Source of the DNA: Mobula hypostoma
Lineage: Eukaryota
NCBI RefSeq assembly: GCF_963921235.1
Contig: NC_086097.1
Coordinates: 125,800,001 to 125,864,000, forward strand
DNA length: 64,000 nt
Direction: 5' to 3'
Shown here: positions 41,901 to 53,900 of the stretch, in pieces
How the letters are laid out: each line of letters begins with the position of its first letter
How positions within the stretch are numbered: position 1 is the first letter of the stretch
Notes under the pieces: model-generated
The model's database searches: none
Told to the model about the DNA's origin: nothing
What the model saw: only the letters and a program-made list of their open reading frames with translations
Translations under genes and position numbers: made by a program

Positions 41901-44900
41901 TTGTCTTTATGCTTGGGGTAATTGTCTTGATGGAAAACAAATCTTCTCCCAAGTCACAGTTCTCTTGCAGACTGCATCAGGTTTTTCTCCAGGATTTCCC
42001 TGTATTTTGCAGCATTTAATTTATCCTCTACCTTCACAAGCCTTCCAGTGCCTGCTGCAATGAAGTATGGTGCAGACACCACCATGCTTCATGGTACAGT
42101 TGGTGTGTTTTGGATGTGCTGTGTAACATAGAATTTAGTCTGATGGCCAAAAGGCTCAATTTTGATTTCACCAGACCATAGAATCCTCTTCCAGCTGACT
42201 TCAGAGTTTCTCACTTGCCTTCTGGCATACTCTAGCCAAGATTTCACGTGAGTTTTTTTCTAAACAGTAGCATTTTCTTTGCCACTCTCACATAAAGGTG
42301 TGACTGGTGAAGCACCAGAGCAGCAGTTGTATGTGCAACCTCTCCCATTTCAGCCATGGAGGCTTGTAACTCCTCCAAAGTTGTCATAGGTCTCTTGGTG
42401 GCCTCCCTCACTAGTCCCCTTCTTGCACAGTCACTCAGTTTTTGAGGGCAGCCTGCTCTATGCAGATTTACAGCTGTGCCATATTCTTTCCATTTCCTAA
42501 TGATTGAACTCCAAGTGATATTCAGTGATTTGGAAATCTTCTTGTATCCACCTCACGACTTGTGCTTTTCAATAAATCCAAGGGTTGCTTGGAGTGTTCT
42601 TTTCTCTTCATGGTGTAGTTTTTGCCAGGATACTGACTCACCAGCAGTTGGACCTTACAGATACAGGTGTATTTTTACTACAATCCATTGAAACACCTTG
42701 ACTCTTCACAAGTCTCAAAAAGCAAATCTCCATTTTACTAATTAGATGACTTCTAAAACCAATTGGCTGTACCAGTGATGATTTGGTATGTCATATTAGA
42801 GGGGTTTGAATGCTCATGTAATCAATTATTTTAGGTTTTATATTTGTAATTAATTTAGATCACTTTGTAGAGATCTGTTTTCACTTTGACATGAAGGAGT
42901 TGAAGGGTTTCGGCTCGAAACGTCGACTATACTTTTTTCCATAGATGCTGCCTGGCCTGATGAGTTCCTTCAGTATTTTGCGTGAGCTGTTCGGATTTCC
43001 AGCATCTGCAGATTTTCTCTTATTTGAGGGTCTTTTTCTATTGATCAGTGTCAAAAAAGCCAAATTAAATCCACTGTGATTCAATGTTGTAAAACAATAA
43101 AACATGAAAACTTCCACGGAGGAGTGAATACTTTTTAAAGACACTGTACACAAGTCTGAAGACACACACACACTGAAGTTTTAGAAGCAGCTTCTTCCCC
43201 TTTACCATCAGATTTCTGAACAAAAGCTTAACCCATTAACACTAACTCACTTTTTTGCTTTCTTTCTGCACTAATTATTTAATTTTTTAATATATATTTC
43301 TTATTGTGATGTATTTTTTATGTATTGCACTGTACTGCTGCTGCAAAACATAAAATACTCTGCAGATGCTGGGGTCAAAGCAACACTCACAACACGTTGG
43401 GAGGAACTCAGCAGGTCGGGCAGCATCCGTGGAAATGATCAGTCAACGTTTCGGGCCAGAACGTTGACTGATCATTTCCACGGATGCTGTCCGACCTGCT
43501 GAGTTCCTCCAGCGTTTTGTGAGTGTTGCTGCAAAACATATTTCATGATATATGTCAGTAATATTAAACCTGATTCTGATACATACCACCCAAACCTATG
43601 CTGTGAGGAAAGAAATGCTTTCAGATTCTTTGCACTTACTTAGGAATTCACTATGCACATTTAAAAACTGGCTTGTCACTAGCCCATTCTCCTGTACCAT
43701 GTACTGCAACTAGATAACATCACCATCTTGTCAATGCTGTATCAAATCCAATGTTTCAAAAGCAGCAATGTTACTTTCTAGTTGATGCAGATCCACAAGA
43801 ATTAGAATCAGATTTATTATCACCAGCATGTGTCGTGAAATTTGTTAACTTAGCAGCAGTCCAATGCAATACATAATAGAGGGAAAAAATAATAAGTAAA
43901 TCAGTTACAGTATACATATATTGAATAGATTAAAAATCGTGCAAAAACAGAAATAATATATTAAAAAAGTAAGGTAGTGTTCACAGGTTCAATGCCCATT
44001 TAGGAATCGGATGGCAGAAGGGAAGAACCTGTTCCTGAATCGCTGAGTGTGTGCCTTCAGGCTTCTGCACCTCTTACCTGATGTTAACAGTGAGAAAAGG
44101 GCATGCCCTGGATGCTGCCTTTCTGAGACACCGCTCCCTCACAATGTCCTGAGTACTTTGTAGGCTCGTACCCAAGATGGAGCCGACTGAATTTACAACC
44201 CTCTGCAGCTTCTTTCAGTCCTGTGCAGTCACCGTGCCCCGCCCCACCGCCCCACCACCCCCCATTCCAGACAGTGATGCAGCCTGCCAGAATGCTCTCC
44301 ATGGTACATTTACAGAAGTTTTTGAGTATATTTGTTGACATACCAAATCTCTTCAAACTCCTAATACAGTATAGTCGCTGTCCTGCCTTCTTTATATTTG
44401 CATTGATATGTTTTGACCAGGTTAGGTCCTCAGAGAGCTTGACACCTAGGAGCTGTAATGACTTTATTCTTATATAAATCTGTTGCAAAACCTGTTTCAG
44501 TAATGCACCTCACTTACTTGGCTGAAAGCAACTCTCGAAGATAAGGTCGCAATACCACACTTTCACAAAGTAATTTTAAGATTAGATGAGCATTAGCTTT
44601 TCTGTCCTTTAACTCCACAACAGGTGGCTCAGCTGAAGGGCCTGCAAAAACAAACATTTTAAGTAGATTTTAAAATGTGCTTTTACAAGTTTTTCTATAC
44701 GATATGATGTTTAATGCACTATATATGACTTTAAAATTAACCAACAGTAAGTTTGGGCTAGCAGATGAAATAAAGATCTATCCACATTTTAGTAATGTTG
44801 ATAAATGGAATAAATAAATAGTTATGAATATTCTATAGATGTGGCAACTCCAGGATTACTCATTTGGCTATTGCCATTAAGATTTAAAAAATGGTACTGG

Positions 44901-47900
44901 TAATGAACTTGTAAGCCCAGAAGAACTTATGAACATTATTTCTAAACTGCAGCTGGGAGCCCGCTAACCAAATTCAACAGAATTCTTGTTCACCAGGCAC
45001 TAAACACATGAGATGACGACAAAAACTATAAGTGAGTACAGAACCTACACTACAGAAATAATCTACTGATCCACTTTTTTTCTGCACATTATGATTACAA
45101 ATTACCTAAAAAATCTACAGAAACTCTAAACCATTTCCCAACAAGAGGGTGGGGTGCAGAACAGATGGAAGTGGGGCTGTTGACTGATTGCACTGCTATG
45201 GTATGTTAAGGTACTTCGCTGTATTGTTAAAAGCAAATCAATAGTCCCAAACTAATTTAACAGATAGTAGTAAAATATTTTGTTTAATACATCTAATTTC
45301 AACCTTTAATTTGAGGAAGTAGTCAGTGTATTGCTTAATCTGATTTTTTGCTTCTATATTCAAAAGAAGCTCTGCTTTTCTTAAATAAACCAACTCCATC
45401 CCTATGAAGAAACAATTCAAATGTTAGCCTACTATTTTATTTGTAATTTTGATAAGATACAGCTTACAGGTAACTGACAAAGTTAAAGTTAAAACTCTGT
45501 CACTCTGAATTAATGACAAGAGGGTGAGGCTCTTAACTACCATGGCACGTCAAGGTACCTTATTGCATGTAACTGAGCAGTTTCAGACTGCATCACATGC
45601 CATAATCATTTTAGCATTGTTACCCTGCCTTCTTGAGTGATAGCAGAAATGCTAATATTAGCTTAAGACTCATGTATTCTTGAATCAGAACTGAGGTAAA
45701 TGACACTAGTCAGCCTGTTGAAATACTGCCAGCACTTAGTTGGGCAATATTGTGAATCACAGTCTTCAGTTCTTTCTCTATGGCACTCATACTTTGACTC
45801 GCATGCCAATTGAATTCCTATTTTCAAGCTCTTGAATGATTCAGTTTTTTCCACTTCAATAGACAGTGGCTTGAAATCCCCACTGGTGCCTAAAAAAATG
45901 TGGCTGAAATATTTCAACCAGGAAGGATATAGCTTCTACATCTTAAATCGGCAATATCCCCAAGGCAAAAATCATGATACCAAGAGTAATTATATTAAGC
46001 CTGGAGTTAAAAAGTTCAAAATTCAAAAAGCTCAAAGTAAATTATCAAAGAACATAAATGTCACCATATACAGTACAGCTCTGACATTAATTTTCTTGCA
46101 GGCATTCAGAGTAAATACAAACACAATAGAATCAATGAAAAAAGGCCCACAACATCGGTGAACAACCAATGTACAAAAGACAACAAACTGTGCAAATACA
46201 AAAAGTAGTAAAAAAAAACACAAAATAATAACAACAAACAAGCAACATTAGGCTCTCAGGAGTACTCAAGTGACAAATAGTCTTATGTTTACTCTAATTC
46301 ATATGATGCACAGATTTGATCTCTCTCACTCGGTCACTTTCAAGTATGTTTAGTATATAAGCATATTACAAACATTAAAATACATTGTAAGAAAGATAAA
46401 CAGATTATAAAAATAATTTCCAAAGGACATTGGAACAAGAAATTTTAAGTCCATTATAATATAAAGCAAATTTGCCACAAACACCAAGTTCTTCACTCTC
46501 TGTTGCTCCATTGTTCACCCACTTTTTATATATATACACACACACATACATATACACACACACACACAGTTATCACTTTCAAGACTAGCATCATTAGTCC
46601 ATTCCTTCTACACTTTAAATGGATGTTGCTAACCCACAGCTTTGAATGATGCTGCACACAATGATTTGCTAATACTGCAAAACAGCTTGTGGGTTCCACT
46701 CCCAGTGACCACTCATTTTAATTCCACGTCCCATTCCTATTCTGATATGTCTATCCACGGCCTCCTCTACTGTAAAGATGAAGTCACACTCAGGTTGGAG
46801 GAACAACACCTTATATTCCGTCTGGGTAGCCTCCAACCTGATGGCATGAACATTGACTCCTCTAACTTCCGCGAATGCCCCACCTCCCCCTCGTACCCCA
46901 TCCATTATTTATTTATATACACACATGCTTTTTCTCTCTCTCCTTTTTCTCCCTCTGTCCCTCTCACTATACCCCTTGTCCATCCTCTGGGCTTCCCCCC
47001 CCCCTTTTCTTTCTCCCTAGGCCTCCTGTCCCATGATCCTCTCATATCCCTCTTGCCAATCACCCGTCCAGCTCTTGGCTCCATCCCTCCCCCTCCAGTC
47101 TTCCCCTATCATTTTGGATCTCCCCTTCCCCCTCCCACTTTCAAATCTCTTACTAGCTCTTCTTTCAGTTAGTCCTGATGAAGGGTCTCGGCCCGAAATG
47201 TCAACTGTACCTCTTCCTAGAGATGTTGCCTGGCCTGCTGCATTCACCAGCAACTTTTGTGTGTTGCTTGTGGGTTCCTAACATGGTCTTGGGTTTTTAT
47301 TGTGCATGAGATGTCAAAATCTGAAATCTTCACCTGATATGGTAGAGGTACTTGGTCCCTGTCCAGTGCCAGATGCTGCAGTGGTAAGAGATCCAACAGC
47401 GGGGGCCAGGATAAAATCAATGTCACCATCTTTCAATAAACAGAACAGCATATTCATCGACAAATCACTTTACAAAATACATCTATGATTAAAAAATAAG
47501 AATGCTTTTATTCTCTTTTCAGCACTTTACAGAAATTATTTTATTGGACAGTAATACTTAATTGCTTAATATTGTATAACTTGGTAAAACTTTAGGTTTG
47601 TGTGACTAATCTTTTCTTCAGTTTATTATATTCTGATCATTCAGCTGAATACTATACATTTACAATGTACAAATTCCAAAGCATAGTACTATTAATGGTA
47701 AAAAAATCTAATTCTTCAATTAAAGTGCAGAAAATAGCAGTAAGCTAAATCAAGTATCCACAAATTACAAAAAATTGTAATGAGAAAATAGAAATTCACA
47801 CCAAAAACTATTTCTATTAAAAAGCTATAAGCTTTTAAGCACACTGTATACAATTGTTAAAAAGTGTGACAGTTAATAGAGATACATTGAATAGACCTGA

Positions 47901-50900
47901 AAAAGAATGATGAATGCTACCCAAAATAGCTTGAATAGTACCAGATGAGCATCTTGATTGCTTAAAGTGAAAACTTATAAAATAATGTCCTTTCAGCATG
48001 CCAAACTTACAGGTACTTACAAGGGCTACGATAAAGGTTACTTTTATTTGTCACATTTACATTGAAACATACAGTGAAAAGTGCCATTTCCTTCTTTGAC
48101 CAACATACAGGCAGTGCTGGGGGCTGCCCACAAGTGCCATCACATTTCTGGTGCCAATATTGCTTGCCCAAAACGCATGAACCCTAACCAATATGTCTTT
48201 AATCCAACAATATCTTTCAAATCTAAAATGTTACTTTATTTAAAGATAGTGTGGAATTGGCCCTTCTGTCCATTCAAGTCACATTGCCCAGCAACTGTCA
48301 ACAACCCTGATTTATCCCTATTCTACTTGAAGAAGCTCTTAAACAATCCTTTCCTGACACCACCTCCTCAAGGACAATTAGGAATGAGCAATAAATGCTG
48401 GCTAGCTAAGAATATATAGATCCCAAAACATGGGGGGAGGGGGGGTCAAAAATTCTGAATATAAAAGCAACTAAGATATTTTAAAATAAAGGATGTAATA
48501 TCACTGAGTGTCAGTCATAATTTTTCAAGCAGCATTCACCTCACAATCAGAGATTTGAGGGTTTAGACATGCTTAAAAATCCAAGATCATTGATGCAGCC
48601 TGAAAATGAAGAAACACTGCACTGACAGATAAAACACCATTTGCTCTCAGTTGGACATAAAAGCTCCCCTATCACTATCCCAAGTGTCTTGACTAATTAT
48701 GACACCTCATTTAACAATGCCATCAACAGGCTAGCCAGTCATTATGTACTAATGATGTAGTTCTGCATACTGCAGAGCTTGTAGGATCAGACTGCATTGT
48801 CTAAAATTATATTGAGAAAAATGCAGTAGGTAATTTGAAGTCTGACCCTCTCCTGGCTCCAGTGAATACTGGTGATCATGAAACACCCTGCTGAACTGTC
48901 CAAAAGACCATGAAACCCCAGTATTCTCAACAAGACAGTTTATATTGGAATGACTGAACATTCAAAACAGACTACTTGCACTGTTAAAAATGGCAACAGC
49001 CATAAGCTCTACCATCATATGCAAACTTCCACTATAAACTGAGAAAGCGGTTACGTAGCTTTAAATTTTCCCTTGGGTAAATGAGTCAGCTTTAATTCAT
49101 CAGTTCTTAAAGACTGAATGCCTTTGCTGATTGGAACCATGGTAAGTCTTGTATGGTCAAATTCTGCTGCAACTCCATTAGCAGGTTTGCAGAATATACC
49201 ACTGTATCTCAAATAATGAGTTGGAGTACAGGGAGGAGTAAGGGAGCTTAGTAACGTGGTGTCATGATGTTTCCCTCAATGTTAGCAAAACAAAAGAGTT
49301 GGTCATTGAAGAGGGGAGGGCTGTGCACATGCTTCTGTCTACAACAATAGACTGAGAGCTTCAAGTTCCTAGGAACATCAATAAACTACCCAACTATGAA
49401 GATGCCATGGCCAAGAAAGCTCCCCAATAGTCTGCTTCTCTTGACTAAAGAACAATGGCATGTCCCCATCAACCCTTACCAACTTTAAATCAATCCATCA
49501 CAGAAAACATTCTATCTGGATGCATAATGGATTGTTATGGCAACTACACTACTCATGACCGCAGGAACACAGCTCAGCACATCACGGTAAACAGCCAAGA
49601 ACTCAGTCTAGACTTCTCAGTGTCTCTGTAAAGCAAACTGCATCCATACTGGACATTCTCTCTCTTGCACTCTTCTAATGGGCAAAAGATACAAAAGCAT
49701 GAAGGCGCGTACCACCAGACTCAAGGATAGCTTCGACCCTCAGTTATGGCTATTAAATAGTGCCCTGGTATGATAAGATGGACTTTCAATTTGATCTCAC
49801 CATGTACATCACTATGATTTTGTACTTTACTGTTTACCCACACTGCACTTTCTCTGCAGTTGCTACATTCTATTTTGCATTGTTACTATTGTTATTGTTT
49901 CACCATTTTCCACTTCAATGCATAGTGTAACAATTCGATCAGTATGAACACCATGCAAGACAAGCTACAGAGGTTTCATTGTATCTCAGTACATGTGACA
50001 ATAATAAACCAATTCCAATTCTAAAGCTGAATTATTCCAAGTGCAAAATTTGCTCTAGCAGTTTAAACAGCTGACATGTTAGTTTTCCTGAAAAGGAAGT
50101 ATTTTTAAAATCAAATGTTCCTTGGAAATCAGACTTGATTGCGCCTCAAGTTCTAAGAACTATGGTTGATGTGTTAGAGGCTTTGCCTTACAATTATAGT
50201 CAAGGTGATCTTGGCTTTGTCTGGCAATGATGAGCAGAGGGAAATGAGTGGATAAATAAACAATACTGAAGAACACGTTTTGGAGCTTGGCCAAGTATTT
50301 CAAAATTATGAAATGTAAACAATTTCTCTTTGTAGCATATCCTATCTTACATGGCATGGCACTGACACTATCATAGGGATTTCCTGATGGAAAATCCATG
50401 AATTACATATTTTTATTACCCAGGGCTACAACCTGATGTGGAGAAATGTTACTCATGTAGAATTATAGAATCCCAGCAATTTAACAGTAAGCACACTAGA
50501 AGACTCTAGCAATAAAAAAAAATCCACACTGAGCAAAGATTACACTTCCAGTCCAAGAATGATAGAGCTTAATAGCTCAGGAGATCTAAAGAAAAATAGC
50601 AAATAGGATCTAAAACTGGCTCAGTGGCAGGAAACACGAGGTGGGAATTTTTGACAGGAAGGCTGCCTTCTCTTGGGTTTCATAGAGCTCTGTATGGGGT
50701 CCCTTACTTTTGTTATTGATATACCGACTCGTTTGGAGCTCGATAAAGTGGCGCGTCAGGGCAAGTAGCTGAAGTTGCCAGTGAGGAAAGCTTTAGAATG
50801 CACCAGATATAGGCTAGTTTGGTTAGGCAGAAAAGCAAAGGGACTGTCGGTAATATGAATTAAGGGGGAATGGGAAAAATATTTACACCAAGTGTGTGGT

Positions 50901-53900
50901 AGGAGCCAGAAACTTAATATTTTGTCGGGGTGATCTTCAACCTGAAGGCATGAACAATAATTTTTCTAACTTCTGGTAATTCCTCCCCCCACCACACCCC
51001 CTTCTCCTTTTTCCCTTCGCAATTCTGGCTCCCTTCTTACTCCTTCCTTTCATCTCACCTGTATATCTTCCCCCCCACCCTGCATGGTCCTTCCCTTTCT
51101 CCATGGGCCACTCTCCTCTCAGATGCCTCCTTCTTCAGCACTTCATACGACTTACACCTACCATCTCCCAGCTTTTCACTTCAGTCACCCACCTCCGCCC
51201 CTGCAACTCACTTATCTTCCCCCTCACTTGGTTTCACATATTATCTGCTGCATTGTACTCCTTCCCCCTCCCCCTCATCTTCTGCCCCCTTACTTTCCAG
51301 TCTGAATGTAAGGTCTTGTTCGAAATGTCGACTGTTTATTCCTCTCCACAGATGCTGCCTGACTTGCCAAGTTGCTGCAGCTTTTTGTAGCATGAAACTA
51401 TGGTTTGAAAGGGTGGCAGGCAGAAACTTCCATCAAATTTAAAACAGGCTTATATGTACACCTCAAGGTCCAGGTCATGACCTGAGTGCTGGAATGATGG
51501 GATAGGTCTAGACAGACCTTTTGCAACTGGTCCATATCACAGAATATCATAATATTTGAAATGGAAATTGGACTGCTACTTTAAAAGGAACTTATAGGAC
51601 AATGAGAAATATGCAGAGGAGCAGGATAAATTGAACAGCTTTTTCATCATATCAGCATAAATCCAATGCTCTAAAAAATCTCCTCCTGTATGTGGAATTC
51701 TATTTTAATACAGCTTGCAGGCTGCACTGAGCTTGTTAAGATCAGTAACTGCAGCAATGCAGCTGAAACATTTGAACTCTGCTTCTCCCTGCAAAGACAC
51801 TGCGTGACCTGCTGAGCATTTCCGGTTTTTAGTTCAGATTAAATAAAAATTAGAGCAAAGACCAATAGTTGCTGACAATGCTGTCTAAAGATGGGTAATG
51901 TAAAAAGCAAACAATGATTAAAAGAACTTCATTTATGTAAAAAGTAGTGCCCTTAACTGTTAAAGAAAAATGCTGGAGAAATTAAAAAACTAACAAATGC
52001 CAAGGATTCATTGGCTCAACTTAGCATTTAAAAAACTCTAAAACAGTCCTTGTGGTTTGGAGGGTATTGAATACTATTCTGCTTTCCAAGAAGGCCTGAG
52101 GAAGCATACAAAATTTTAGGCTGATTAGTCTGTTGTGAATTGGTAGGAAATAATTTTAACCCATTAAGGATATTGTACTCTCAGTTTTAAGAAAAACCAC
52201 ATTTAGTAAATATGACTATTATTTAGAAGTATAATTAAGAACACAAAGAGAAAACTAGCAGCTGGAGCATATCAAAAGGCATTCTTTAACGTAATGCTGA
52301 CATGGCTATTAACAAGGCTTCAATCCCATGGAACTGGAAATAATACATCAGGTCAAGATGAGAACTAGTTAACTGAACAAAAACAGTAAAAATGTTTTCA
52401 GATTATAACCTGTATTGTCAGATTGCCACAAAACTGAATGCCTGAAGTTCAGCAAAATACAATATAAGCCGATAACTCAGATGAGGTACTAAACTCTACC
52501 AGTCCTTTCAAAAGGTCAAGTTGTCTTTCTCACTTCAATTTTTATTATTATTAACAACAGCATATTGTGGAGAATATGCTGCATGCTCTGGAAAATAAAC
52601 GACAAAGCACAGTGAAAGCAATACACAAAAATCCAGCTGATTATATTTTTTGGGCTTAAACCATTTCCAAATATTGTCACTTCAAAAGACCCCTGCTAGA
52701 AGTGCTGCACCAAGTAAACACCCCATCAAAACCAAAGCAATGTTTTCCTATTATAGCTCATTTGAAGAATCTGATATGGAAAAAACTGATACATGAAAAT
52801 CAAAGAACAAAAGTAACAACCAAGCCAGTGAAAAATTGGTAAAACAAAAACAGCCCTGCAGAACCACAAGGAGTGAAATTTTTAGCATCCAGGTCTGGTA
52901 TAAAAACCAATCACATCTGATCAGAAAATTAACTTGACATAAACCACTCAAATGGAACACTACTCCACTATGCCACCATAATGCACACAAGGATTCACTG
53001 TCACTTAAGAATGGCAGCTAAAAATCACATTTCAGGAATTTGAGTACTAACTTTCAGTTGACAGGACAGTTCTGCAGCTAGATGAGGTATTAAGTTAAAG
53101 TCCCCTCATCCTTCTGAGGTGCACATAAAAATTAAGGTATTGTTTGAAGAACAGTCTGTGGTGTCCCAGTCAATATGACTGGGTACACACTCAATTCATT
53201 CCATGACTGGAGGAGTGCAAATTGGCTGCTGCATTTCCTAAAAAAACCTTTTAGAGTCTTAAGAGCACTTTGGAACAGATCATAGAATGTCATGGACAGG
53301 ATCATGCCAGTTGCTAGCTAATGGTTCCAGACTTTTGCACCTGCATGTAAAGATTAGCTTTATTTGTCACATGTACATTGAAACACAATGTATGGGGAGA
53401 TAAGATTCAAAAACATGAATTCTCTTCATTCTGCTGGACCTACTGAGTTCAGAACACTGCACAACTGTGCTAAAGAATCAAACTAACTTCACATCGGGCT
53501 CCTTAGCATCTCAGCAGGCATAGGTCGCGCATCTAATACTGCCATTCACCTGAATGGAGTCATTGACCTTTAATTTATAATAACTGAAGCTTTAAAAAAG
53601 AAAACTGGCATTTAATTGAATTTATTGAATTTACACCTGCAAGAAGTGCATCCAGCTGCAGCTCCTAACAAACTGCGTTAGGGAACTGGAGCAGGAGCTG
53701 GATGACCTGCCGATCATTCGGGAGAATGAGGAGATTATAGACAGTAGCTACAGGGAGATAGTTACGCCAAAGGAGCAGAGGACAGGAAATTGGGTCACTG
53801 TCAGGCGAGGGAAGAGGAAAGAGCAGGCAGAGCAGGGTTCCCCTGTGGCCATTCCCCTCAACAACAAGTATACCGCATTGGATACTGTTGGGGGGAATGA

